Shown: in pieces, positions 18,117-26,596 of the stretch | Layout of the letters: each line of letters opens with the position of its first letter | How positions within the stretch are numbered: position 1 is the first letter of the stretch | Assembly (NCBI GenBank): GCA_004297825.1 | Contig: SCSX01000084.1 | Coordinates: forward strand, 42,862-106,861 | Length of the DNA: 64,000 bases | Direction: 5' to 3' | Origin: Spirochaetota bacterium | GTDB lineage: Bacteria; Spirochaetota; UBA4802; UBA5368 | Made by a program: the position numbers and the translations under genes | The notes under the pieces: generated by a model | Seen by the model: only the letters and a program-made list of their open reading frames with translations | Told to the model about the DNA's origin: nothing | The model's database searches: none

Positions 18117-18680
18117 CTATGGCGTGTACAGGGTGACGATGAGTACGGTCTTCGCCTTCCCGGGGTTCCTGAGCGAGTGACGGACGCTGGAATCGAAATG
18201 GAGCGTAGTGTCCTTTTTGAGATGGTGCTCCTTCTGCCCCACCTTCACCATGACCTCGCCCTTGAGCACGTAGACGAACTCCTCGCCCTCGTGCTGGTAG
18301 CGCTGGCCCGGAAGCTCCGAGCGCGGGGGGATGGTCACGCGAAACGAGCGCAGATGGCCCTTCATCGCGTTAGGCGTGAGCACCTCGTACTCGTAGGCCT
18401 GCTCGCGGCTCTTGAAGCCGCGAATCCGGTCCTTCTCGCGCTCCCGGTCCTTGCCAGTGTCCTTTTTCAGGAGTTCGCCCGGGTCTATCGTGAGCGCCCG
18501 CGCGATTTTCAGGATATCGCCCACCGGGGCGAAATCGGTGCCGTCCTCGATCCGGGCGAGGTGCGCCTCGGCGAGCCCGGTTTTCGCGGCCAGTTCCCCG
18601 ATGCTCATCTTGAGCTTGCTGCGCCTGGTCTTGAGCGCGCGCGCAAGCGCGCCTCCGTGCGGTGCGGGTGTTGAATGCAT
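18117..18680 (-). CDS. XRE-family HTH transcriptional regulator with C-terminal cupin domain
   Basis: HTH (MSIGELAAKTGLAEAHLARIEDG) plus a cupin_2-like beta-barrel C-terminus (FVYVLKGEVMVKVG..HLKKDTTLHFDSSVRH). The start could be the internal MSIGE. Confidence 0.65.
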   Translation of the reverse strand: MHSTPAPHGGALARALKTRRSKLKMSIGELAAKTGLAEAHLARIEDGTDFAPVGDILKIARALTIDPGELLKKDTGKDREREKDRIRGFKSREQAYEYEVLTPNAMKGHLRSFRVTIPPRSELPGQRYQHEGEEFVYVLKGEVMVKVGQKEHHLKKDTTLHFDSSVRHSLRNPGKAKTVLIVTLYTP

Positions 18681-18724
18681 GCGTACCTCCGCGTTTTCTG
18701 TTTCAATATGGGTGCGAAAAAAAA

Positions 18725-18790
18725 GGTGTAAGAATGGGGGAGAGGGGGATGGGATGAGATTGAGGAGATATCAGAATTATTAATAGCTAA
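18725..18790 (+). repeat. Purine-rich ~65-bp intergenic element, copy B
   Basis: GGTGTAAGAATGGGGGAGAGGGGGATGGGATGAGATTGAGGAGATATCAGAATTATTAAT. Shares the GTGTAAGAAT, GGGGAGAGGG, GATGAGAT and TCA(A)GAATT blocks with copy A. Confidence 0.5.
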
Positions 18791-18982
18791 GGCGATAGAA
18801 TGTTTCCCCGGTCGCCGCTTCCCGATTCTTACGAAACGTTTCGCAATAAATTAGTTTGATGGTAAAATTATGCAAGCAATAAACTGATAGGGTTGTCGTG
18901 CGGGTTGCCTTGGGAACGGCGGCAGGATACCTTATTCAAGATGACGTCTCGATCAATACCGGGGAATGCGGGAGGGTGCACG

Positions 18983-19501
18983 ATGCGGAACATCACGCCA
19001 CATCTATGGTTCGACAAGGAGGCCGCGGAGGCGGCCGTGTTTTATTGTTCGGTTTTCTCAAATTCGAGGATTACGGGGATCACTACCATCCACGAGGTCC
19101 CGAGCCCCACGGGGGACAGCGATATCGTCTCGTTCGAGCTCAGGGGCCTGCCCTTCATGGCGATCAACGCCGGTCCCCTTTTCACCTTCAACCCCTCGGT
19201 GTCGTTTTTGGTGAATTACGACCCGTCGCGGGAACGCGAAGCCTCCGAAAATATCGATGCGGCGTGGGAAATGCTTTTACCGGGCGGGACGGTCCTCATG
19301 CCCCTGCAGGAGTACCCGTGGAGCAGGCGATACGGCTGGATAAAGGACAAATACGGGCTTTCCTGGCAGGTGACTCCCACCATCATGGCCGAAATGATGG
19401 CGAAGGGCACACCCGAACAGGTCGCCCGCGTCACCAGGGCGTTCCTTCCCATGAAGAAGTTCGATCTGGGCGCGCTGCAGAAGGCGTACGAAGGGCCGTG
19501 A
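18983..19501 (+). CDS. VOC-superfamily protein (PhnB-like), second paralog
   Basis: 172 aa. HLWFDKEAAEAAVFY.., KDKYGLSWQV. GGGAGGGTG RBS. Confidence 0.6.
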   Translation: MRNITPHLWFDKEAAEAAVFYCSVFSNSRITGITTIHEVPSPTGDSDIVSFELRGLPFMAINAGPLFTFNPSVSFLVNYDPSREREASENIDAAWEMLLPGGTVLMPLQEYPWSRRYGWIKDKYGLSWQVTPTIMAEMMAKGTPEQVARVTRAFLPMKKFDLGALQKAYEGP

Positions 19502-19510
19502 CCGGCGTTC

Positions 19511-19546
19511 CCCGTAGAGACGCGATTAATCGCGTCTCTACGGGGA
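19511..19546. repeat. Perfect 36-bp palindrome (16-bp arms, TTAA centre)
   Basis: CCCCGTAGAGACGCGA-TTAA-TCGCGTCTCTACGGGG, read directly from the DNA. It lies between the convergent VOC (+) and etfA (-) genes. Confidence 0.6.
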
Positions 19547-19606
19547 ATTCACACCGCGTCTCTACAGGGAATTCACGCCGCGTCCCCACAGGGAATTCAC
19601 ACCGCA
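19547..19606. repeat. About 2.5 tandem copies of a 24-bp unit (AATTCACRCCGCGTCYCYACAGGG)
   Basis: The right arm of the palindrome resembles the unit. Copies 1 and 2 are complete; copy 3 runs into the etfA stop codon. Confidence 0.5.
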
Positions 19607-20628
19607 CGCGTTTCTTTTTTCAAGCGGGCGGTGAACCGCTTGAGGAATTCACGCGCATCGTCCGTCACCACGTAGTCCGATATGCCGTTGATGGGCGCGG
19701 AGGCGTCGTTGTTGATCGATACGATTATCTCCGAATCTACAATGGACGCCGTGTGTTGTATCTGGCCCGATATCCCGAATCCCAGGTAGAGCCGCGGGCG
19801 TATGGTCTTTCCCGTCTGGCCGATCATGCGCTCCTCGCCGCACCACCGGTTGAATACCGGCACCCGCGTCGCGCCGACCTCGCCGCCCAGGACATCCGCG
19901 AGATCGAACAGGCAGTCGAAGCCCTTTTTCGTCCCCAAGCCGCGCCCGCCCGCGACGACGACCGGGGCCTGCTCCAGCGGAACGCGCGGCTTGTCCCAGC
20001 GTGTGGGATTTTCCAAATGCGTGATTTTATAGTTAGAGAGATCGTAGTCGAAGGGGACGCGCACGACCTCCGATTTATTGCCGGGGAGCTCTTTCTTGTC
20101 AAACACCCCCTGCTGGACGGTCGCCATTTGAGGGCGCGCGTGCGGGCAGATGACGGTCGCGATCGCGTTCCCGCTGTAGGCCGGGCGCTTCATCACGAGG
20201 AGCCCCTTCCCGTATTCGTCCGAGTCCATGATCGAGAGCCCCGTGCAGTGCGAGGTGAGCCCGGTGGAGAAGCGCTGCGCGAGACGGGGCGCGAGGTCCG
20301 TTCCCGCCTCCGTGGAGGGAAAGAGCATGATCGAAGGGGCGTGGGCGCGGATAAGCCTTTCGATCATGTCGGGGAATATGGCGCCGTCGTAATGCTTAAG
20401 GGCGCGGTCGCTCGCGCAAAAGATCGCGTCGGGACCGAACCTTTCGATTACGGGAAGGTACCGCTCGGCGTCGAGCGCGAAGACGAGCGCGCACAGCCGG
20501 GACCCGAGCGTATCGGCGAGCGCGCGGCCTATGGTCAACAGCTCGCAGGAGCCCTCCAGCACGCGCTCGTGGTCCTGGATCTCGGCGAACACCCAGACGT
20601 CTTTTCCGTTATGTGCCATTGGTTTCAA
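19597..20628 (-). CDS. etfA: Electron transfer flavoprotein alpha subunit
   Basis: 343 aa. FAD-binding C-terminal domain (VVAGGRGLG, PRLYLGFGISGQIQH). Confidence 0.85.
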   Translation of the reverse strand: MKPMAHNGKDVWVFAEIQDHERVLEGSCELLTIGRALADTLGSRLCALVFALDAERYLPVIERFGPDAIFCASDRALKHYDGAIFPDMIERLIRAHAPSIMLFPSTEAGTDLAPRLAQRFSTGLTSHCTGLSIMDSDEYGKGLLVMKRPAYSGNAIATVICPHARPQMATVQQGVFDKKELPGNKSEVVRVPFDYDLSNYKITHLENPTRWDKPRVPLEQAPVVVAGGRGLGTKKGFDCLFDLADVLGGEVGATRVPVFNRWCGEERMIGQTGKTIRPRLYLGFGISGQIQHTASIVDSEIIVSINNDASAPINGISDYVVTDDAREFLKRFTARLKKETRAV

Positions 20629-21416
20629 TTTCTCAGTAGATTGTGTTTTTTCAGTTTGTGTATCAGACCCTCGATCTTTTCGTCAAGGGTGCCCGGGAGC
20701 GCCTCGCGCCCGCGCGCGTGCGTGAAGAGCTCGGTGCCGATCACCATGGTGGGCGACCCCGCGGCCCCGTACTCGTCAGCGCTCCCGCCGATATCGGACA
20801 ACCCCATGACGGCGATCTCCCTGCCCGTGCAGTTCTTGAGGTCCGCGAGGCGCGGCGCGCGCACCCGGTTCGCGTTCCTGCCGGCCGATACGAGCAGGGG
20901 CAGGGCGACGCGTATCTTCTGGTATTCGTGCCCGTAGAGCCGCTCGACGATCGCGTGCCCGTCCTCGATCCGGATGTCGTGAACCTGCGTGACGTGCGGG
21001 ATGCCCAAAAATTCAGAGAGCTGGTAGCCCACGTGCGCCGTGTTGCCGTCGATCGCCTCGAAGCCGGTCACGACGACGTCGAACGCGCCGAGCTTCGTAA
21101 TGGCGCGCGCGAGTATCTTGCTCGTCACGAGCGAATCGGAACCGGCGAAACACGGACCGCTCACGAGCACGCAGCGGTCCACACCCAGGGCGTAGGCCTC
21201 CGCGAGCACGTCGGACGCCTGGGGTGGTCCCATGCTTATCGCCGTGACGCTCCCGCCGCACGCGTCGCGGAGGGCGAGCGCCGCCTCGATCGCGTGGAGA
21301 TCGTCGGGGTTCGTTATGTTCTCCGCGGACGCGCGGTCGAGCACGCCCGTCTTCGGATCGAAGGACGCGCGGTGCGTGTCGGGAACCTGTTTGATGCAGA
21401 CTATAATTGATAGCAT
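20625..21416 (-). CDS. etfB: Electron transfer flavoprotein beta subunit
   Basis: 263 aa, starting MLSIIVCIKQVPD (canonical EtfB N-terminus). The stop overlaps the etfA start (ATGA). Confidence 0.85.
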   Translation of the reverse strand: MLSIIVCIKQVPDTHRASFDPKTGVLDRASAENITNPDDLHAIEAALALRDACGGSVTAISMGPPQASDVLAEAYALGVDRCVLVSGPCFAGSDSLVTSKILARAITKLGAFDVVVTGFEAIDGNTAHVGYQLSEFLGIPHVTQVHDIRIEDGHAIVERLYGHEYQKIRVALPLLVSAGRNANRVRAPRLADLKNCTGREIAVMGLSDIGGSADEYGAAGSPTMVIGTELFTHARGREALPGTLDEKIEGLIHKLKKHNLLRN

Positions 21417-21427
21417 GGTGGCTGTTT

Positions 21428-22585
21428 TTAAATCTTCGAAAATTCCTTCACGATCGCGTTGCCGATTATGATTTTCATGACCTCGGAGGTGCCTTCGTAT
21501 ATCTGGGTAATCTTCGCGTCGCGGAAGAAGCGTTCCACCGGGAGGTCTTTTACATAGCCGTAGCCGCCAAACACCTGGAGCGCCTCGGTGCACGTGCGCA
21601 TGGCGACGCCCGACGCGTAGAGCTTGCACATGGCCGATTCCACGGAAAAGGGGAGCCCCTTGTCTTTTAAACATGCGGCGCGGTAGACGAGGAGCCGCGC
21701 CGCGTCGAGCTCCGTGCGCATCTCGGCGAGCTTGAATGAAATTCCCTGGAATGAACCGATAGGCCTTCCGAACTGGGCGCGCTCGGTCGCGTAGGTCGCG
21801 GCGGCCTCGTACGCCGCCATCCCGATCCCCAGCGCCTGCGCCGCAATACCGATGCGCCCGATGTCGAGCGTCTGCATCGAAATACTGAAACCGTCCTCGA
21901 CGCGGCCCAGTACGTTTTCTTTCGGGACGCGCACGTTGCTGAAAAAAAGCTCGGAGACCATGTTGCCGCGCATGCCCATCATGTCTTCGATTTTCCCCAC
22001 CTCGAAGCCGGGCATTGATTTCTCGACTATGAAGATGGCGATGCCGCCCGTCTTCTTTCCGGGGTCCACTGTCGCGCCCACGAGGAAGACCTCGCCGGTG
22101 CCGCCGTTGGTGACGAACGCCTTCTGGCCGTTCAGCACGTAGCCGTCCCCGTCGGGAACCGCGGTCGTACGGATGGAAGCGGCGTCGGAGCCCGCCTGCG
22201 GCTCGGTGATCGTGAAGCCGCCCAGTTTTTTCCCGCGGGCAAGATCCGGTGCGAGGCGCTCGACCTGTTCCGGCGTTCCGAATTTCAGTATCGGCGCGAG
22301 GCATACGGAGTTGTGCACGGTCACGCCCAGGCCCACGGCGGCGCTCACGCGCGAGAGCTCCTCGATTACGATCGCGTAGCTTACCGTGTCGAGGTCCGCG
22401 CCGCCGAACCTCTCCGGCGCCTGTATCCCCCACATGTTGAGGCGCCCCATCTCGCGCACGACCTCCGGGGGAAGCGGCTTCGAATCGCGGTCGAGCGTGT
22501 TCGCCCATTCGTCGAGCGTCCCGGTCGCGAACTTCCGCACACTCTTGCGGATCATGAGCTGGTGCCTGGCAAGGGTGAAATCCAT
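21428..22585 (-). CDS. Acyl-CoA dehydrogenase (short/butyryl-CoA DH-like), co-operonic with etfBA
   Basis: 385 aa from MDFTLARHQLMIRK. ACAD signatures GGFTITEPQAGSD, YGGYGY, IYEGTSEV. Forms an ACAD-etfB-etfA operon. Confidence 0.85.
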   Translation of the reverse strand: MDFTLARHQLMIRKSVRKFATGTLDEWANTLDRDSKPLPPEVVREMGRLNMWGIQAPERFGGADLDTVSYAIVIEELSRVSAAVGLGVTVHNSVCLAPILKFGTPEQVERLAPDLARGKKLGGFTITEPQAGSDAASIRTTAVPDGDGYVLNGQKAFVTNGGTGEVFLVGATVDPGKKTGGIAIFIVEKSMPGFEVGKIEDMMGMRGNMVSELFFSNVRVPKENVLGRVEDGFSISMQTLDIGRIGIAAQALGIGMAAYEAAATYATERAQFGRPIGSFQGISFKLAEMRTELDAARLLVYRAACLKDKGLPFSVESAMCKLYASGVAMRTCTEALQVFGGYGYVKDLPVERFFRDAKITQIYEGTSEVMKIIIGNAIVKEFSKI

Positions 22586-22821
22586 GACGATAGATATGAA
22601 GGAAGCGCGCCCGGGTCTGTCAAGCAATGAATTATTTTTTTGGGGTTGGGGGCCGATGCGCACTACGGCGGGGAAGAGCGCCTGGGGAAGGAGTGATGAC
22701 GACGAGGAGGACGGGTACCTGGCGGATCGATCATTTTAAAAAAGGGTTGTTTTATTAAGAGCAATATTAAAGTTTTGTACAATGGTGCAATCATAAAATC
22801 ACATATATAAGAGGTGTTGTC

Positions 22822-24228
22822 ATGAAAACGGCCCATGACTTTTTTCACTCTTACCTGTCCGAAAACATATCAGACGCCGACACCCTTGAGCGGATGCGCA
22901 ACGTCATCTCCGAATTCTCAACACGCGCCCCAAAAATCATCGTAATGAAATGTATCGACGGCCGGGTCCATGGGAGCAAGGCCAAGGGCTATCCCCCCAC
23001 CACCGTCCGGTTCGGGCGTACCGACGGCAACAAGGTATCGCTCGATATGAGCAATTTCTGGTACTGGAACCGTATTGACCGGGTCGTCAAGGACGCCCAC
23101 TTCAATACCCCGGAAACGCCGGCCCTCTTCATAGCCTTCATGCACCATTCACCGAAAGGCCACGGCTGCGCCTCGCATAACAGTGACGATGCAGCGGCCC
23201 TTGTATCGGTGGAAGAGCAGGTCGCGGCGGTCCGCAAAACATACAAAGAATCCGAGCTCTACGTCATGGGCGGCGATACCAACACCGACATCATGGCCGA
23301 AACGCTCATCTTTCCCGGCAGTTACCGTATCGATACGGAAAACATCATTCAGTACTGCAATTTAAAAAAACCGCGCGACGTGTTCCACGAGGCGTTCCTG
23401 AAAAACAAAATCGACGATGTCGCTACCTCAAGAAATGTGGACCACAAGACGCCGGATGATCTGCTTAACGGGATCAATCCGGAGTATTTCACAAACTTCC
23501 AGACCTGCCTCAACATGGAAAACTATCTTCTTCGCGAGATTACCACGATGCTCAACAAGGACCGGGGCGATCTCAAGCGGCTCATCCGACCGGACATCCT
23601 GGACTATATCTTCGTAACCCTTGATCGGGTCAAAATACCTAAAACGCTCGTCGGCCCCATCCTCTACCAGGTAATATGGAATATCACGTATGCCCTGTAC
23701 CAGATGAAGCTCGTAGACCACCTCTCGCCGGAAGAGCTGGAACGCCATCTCGATCATGCCGAGGAGCTGGTCTGCTACGGCGACGGGTTCGAGACGCTTC
23801 CGCGCAATAAGGCCGTGCTGGTCAAGACCGGACGGGGGGACGACGTCGATGCGCTTAATGTGTCGATGAATGTGCTTACGAAAAACCGCAAGCGTTATCA
23901 ACAGGACCACAAGCTCCTTGTGCATATAAACATCGAGGTGATGGGCGAGATGATGTCCTGGGACGATTTTAACGATAACGTCGGCTCCCGCATTCTTACC
24001 ATGCGACGGAACGTGGATTTTGTTTTCGGAAACGACGTGGCGATCCTCACATCGTATTCCTACCGCGATCAGAAGCGTTTTTACCCGGTCAAGATTTCCA
24101 AGGACGATGCCCGCATAGTGTACCCCGCGGACGTTATCTCGGAGATCAATTCCTCGCTCAAGTTCAGCAACATTTCGCTTAAGGCCCAGGAGGCCATCTA
24201 TAAAGCGAGTTTTATCGGTAAACTTTAA
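22822..24228 (+). CDS. Hypothetical 468-aa cytoplasmic protein, low-GC orphan
   Basis: No signal peptide or TM segment. Contains KIIVMKCIDGRVHG and FMHHSPKGHGCASH blocks. GC visibly lower (~50%) than both flanks. No family recognised. Confidence 0.5.
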   Translation: MKTAHDFFHSYLSENISDADTLERMRNVISEFSTRAPKIIVMKCIDGRVHGSKAKGYPPTTVRFGRTDGNKVSLDMSNFWYWNRIDRVVKDAHFNTPETPALFIAFMHHSPKGHGCASHNSDDAAALVSVEEQVAAVRKTYKESELYVMGGDTNTDIMAETLIFPGSYRIDTENIIQYCNLKKPRDVFHEAFLKNKIDDVATSRNVDHKTPDDLLNGINPEYFTNFQTCLNMENYLLREITTMLNKDRGDLKRLIRPDILDYIFVTLDRVKIPKTLVGPILYQVIWNITYALYQMKLVDHLSPEELERHLDHAEELVCYGDGFETLPRNKAVLVKTGRGDDVDALNVSMNVLTKNRKRYQQDHKLLVHINIEVMGEMMSWDDFNDNVGSRILTMRRNVDFVFGNDVAILTSYSYRDQKRFYPVKISKDDARIVYPADVISEINSSLKFSNISLKAQEAIYKASFIGKL

Positions 24229-24254
24229 TGCCTGTTGCCTCATGAATGCGGTTC

Positions 24255-24288
24255 GGCGGGAAGGGCGACGCACACCTCCCTTCCCGCT
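24255..24288. terminator. GC-rich hairpin (10-11 bp stem) between convergent genes
   Basis: GGCGGGAAGGG-12 nt-CCCTTCCCGCT. No U-tract, so at most a hairpin-type or bidirectional terminator. Confidence 0.3.
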
Positions 24289-24321
24289 GTGTGCCCGGGA
24301 GCAGCCGGGGTACGATCGTAG

Positions 24322-25077
24322 TTACCTTCCCATGAATTTTAAAAGTCCGTTCACCACCGTGAGCGGATGTACTGGACATCCGGGTATGTAGAGATCGATA
24401 TGGTGTTTATCCAGAAATTCGCGATTGAGCGCCGCCGATCCCTGGAATACGCCGCCGGATATCGCGCAACTCCCTGCGAGAATCACCACCTTCGGGTCCG
24501 GTGTGCACATATAGGCATCCTCCAGGGCCGGGGCCATGTTTTCCGAAATTGGTCCTGTGATCAGGATTCCGTCCGCGTGACGCGGAGAGGCTACGAATTC
24601 TATCCCAAAGCGTCCCATATCGAAGTTCGGATTGCCGCAGGCATTAAGCTCCCACTCGCACCCATTGCATCCGGCGGCGGATACCTGGCGAAGTTTGAAG
24701 GAGGCGCCAAACAGCCGTTTTATCTCCTGCCTCGCTTCGATGGCGCCGGAGAGGTACTCTTCCGCGTTTTTTGCGCCGTCCACCACCAGGTAATCCCTCG
24801 ACGTTGACGCGATCTTGTGAAAAGTCGAAAACGTGATCGATTTTTCCGGGCACTCCCGCGCGCAGTCGCCGCAGAAGACGCATTTCCCCAGGTCGATCGC
24901 AAGCGGCCGCGCCGAAATCGCCCCCACGGGGCAGACCTCACGGCACGCGTCACACCTGCCGCATTTCGATCCATCCACGGCGGGGAGCCCTCTGAAGGGA
25001 GGGCGTATCTCGGCCCTGGTCACGTCAGGAATCGCCTGTTCGCCCTGGTTTTTCCTTATTTTCAGCGTATTAATCAT
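24322..25077 (-). CDS. Fused 2x[4Fe-4S] ferredoxin (NuoI/HyfH-like) plus NuoB/HyfI-like small subunit
   Basis: Start MINTLKI (AAGGAG RBS overlapping the upstream stop). Two CxxCxxCxxxCP motifs (CGRCDACREVCP, CVFCGDCARECP), then a NuoB-like domain with the four cluster cysteines (GCNGC, GSCA, GCP). Confidence 0.8.
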   Translation of the reverse strand: MINTLKIRKNQGEQAIPDVTRAEIRPPFRGLPAVDGSKCGRCDACREVCPVGAISARPLAIDLGKCVFCGDCARECPEKSITFSTFHKIASTSRDYLVVDGAKNAEEYLSGAIEARQEIKRLFGASFKLRQVSAAGCNGCEWELNACGNPNFDMGRFGIEFVASPRHADGILITGPISENMAPALEDAYMCTPDPKVVILAGSCAISGGVFQGSAALNREFLDKHHIDLYIPGCPVHPLTVVNGLLKFMGR

Positions 25078-25087
25078 GGTGCGCTCC

Positions 25088-26578
25088 TTACAGGTCGTTG
25101 CCGCAATACGAAAGATTGAAGCTCTTATTACAGAGCGGAAAGTCGGAGATGCCATTCCCGCGCAGCGCATAGGCCAGCCCGTACCAGTTCTGCAGGGACG
25201 GGTCTTTTATCTTGTATCGGACGATCTTCCCCTTTTTCCCGGTTACGGCGCAGTGTACGATTTCGCCGCGCCATCCTTCCGTCATTGAAACGACCAGGCT
25301 GTCGGAGGGAAGTTTGTGAAGCGGCGAGATGAGCGGCTTATCGTCCGGAAGCCCGTCGAGCTGTTCAAAGATGAATTCGATCGATTGTTTTATCTCAATG
25401 TAGCGCATATAGGAGCGGGCGAAGACGTCGCCGCTGAGCATAGTGCGCTTGTGAACGGGATAAAACCGATATATGCCAAAGGGATGATCGGCCCGCACGT
25501 CGAGTGACACGCCAGAGGCGCGTCCCGCGGGTCCTACAAGGCCCATTTTCGTAGCGGCCTCAAAATCAACCGTACCGGTATGGTCCAGGCGAGAGAGAAC
25601 GCTCGCCATCTCGAACATCGCCTCACCCATGAGCTCCACGTCCCTGGAAACCTTGGTGAGTTTTTCCTTGAATTCCCTGACGTGATCCGGCTTAAAATCG
25701 AAGGCGACGCCGCCCTCGCGCACGAGTCCCCTGCCGAAGCGGCTTCCCGTGAGGCTAAGGAGGGTGTTGATCACCAGGGTGCGGGTTACGCCGAAGACCG
25801 CATTACCCAGCAGATAGGCGACGTCGTTCGCGATCGCGCCGAGGTCCCCAATGTGGATGGCCGCGCGCTCCATTTCCAGCGCAATGGCGCGGATCGCCTG
25901 CGCCCGCCGGCTTATCTCAACGTTCGACAGCGCTTCAATGGCGTCCGCGTACGCGGTGGCGTGACCGATCACCGTATCTCCCGCGATCGACTCCGCGAGA
26001 TGGATGCCCGACCGGTCATAACGCTCGACCATGAGGCGTTCCACACCGCGGTGCTGGTAACCGAGCTGTATCTCGAGATGGTGCACGTCCTCACCCTGGC
26101 ACATGAAACGGAAATGCCCGGGCTCGATCACACCCGCATGCACGGGACCCACGGCTACCTCGTGCACCTCCTCTCCCTTCATGGTGAAGAACGGATAACT
26201 CTCCATCGTTTTCTCATGGTCGGCGCGGTCATGCCCGTAGCGCACCCCCTTGAGCCAGGGATGCCCCTCCGGCGTTATGCCCGTGTCCTCGTAGAACTCC
26301 CGCTCGAAGATATGGAAACGCGGCGCCTCGGGGGTAATTGCCTGGTAACGGCGTTCCCTGCCCATCGCGCCGGATGATATATAAAGCCGGTTTGCTTCGT
26401 CGTCGGCGAGTACCGCGTACACTGTCTCCGTCCTGCCGTTCGGCATTCCAAAGAATGCGACGACCCTTCTGCCCTCGCGGCATCGCCCGACGATCTGGGC
26501 GCGAAGTTCGTCCATTGTCATTTCCGGAATGTCGGCCAGCCTTACAGGCCGATTATTTTTCGTATATATCCATTTCAT
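25088..26578 (-). CDS. Fused NuoC-NuoD / HycE-HyfG-like 'large subunit' lacking NiFe-binding cysteines
   Basis: 496 aa. NuoC-like N-terminal part, then a NuoD/hydrogenase large-subunit fold (HFRF, LGYQHRGVE). Only 5 Cys in total and no CxxC pair. The position matching the N-terminal R-x-C-G-x-C-x-x-x-H block reads ESIAGDTVIGHATAY. The C-terminus is ..LCNKSFNLSYCGNDL, with no DPCxxC. Confidence 0.75.
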   Translation of the reverse strand: MKWIYTKNNRPVRLADIPEMTMDELRAQIVGRCREGRRVVAFFGMPNGRTETVYAVLADDEANRLYISSGAMGRERRYQAITPEAPRFHIFEREFYEDTGITPEGHPWLKGVRYGHDRADHEKTMESYPFFTMKGEEVHEVAVGPVHAGVIEPGHFRFMCQGEDVHHLEIQLGYQHRGVERLMVERYDRSGIHLAESIAGDTVIGHATAYADAIEALSNVEISRRAQAIRAIALEMERAAIHIGDLGAIANDVAYLLGNAVFGVTRTLVINTLLSLTGSRFGRGLVREGGVAFDFKPDHVREFKEKLTKVSRDVELMGEAMFEMASVLSRLDHTGTVDFEAATKMGLVGPAGRASGVSLDVRADHPFGIYRFYPVHKRTMLSGDVFARSYMRYIEIKQSIEFIFEQLDGLPDDKPLISPLHKLPSDSLVVSMTEGWRGEIVHCAVTGKKGKIVRYKIKDPSLQNWYGLAYALRGNGISDFPLCNKSFNLSYCGNDL

Positions 26579-26596
26579 GATTTTACAATCCCCCTG

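Noticed and set aside
19547-19606. Possible CRISPR array (repeated GAATTCAC... units)
   Set aside because: Only about 2.5 directly abutting 24-bp units with no spacers and no cas genes. Treated as a tandem repeat.
18898-20937. 679-aa plus-strand ORF spanning the VOC gene through etfA/etfB
   Set aside because: The real VOC gene begins at 18983 and is in a different frame from this ORF. The remainder is antisense to etfA/etfB, with a low-complexity Arg/Gly translation.
20625-22508. 627-aa minus ORF
   Set aside because: Only the last 263 codons (etfB, from MLSIIVCIKQ) are genuine. The upstream portion is an out-of-frame read-through across the real ACAD gene at 21428-22585.
22822-24228. Calling the 468-aa protein a carboxysomal CsoSCA carbonic anhydrase
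   Set aside because: Only the C-x-D-x-R element matches. The His/Cys spacing and the position of the site within the protein do not fit CsoSCA or canonical beta-CA, and there are no carboxysome genes nearby. Kept as a hypothesis only.
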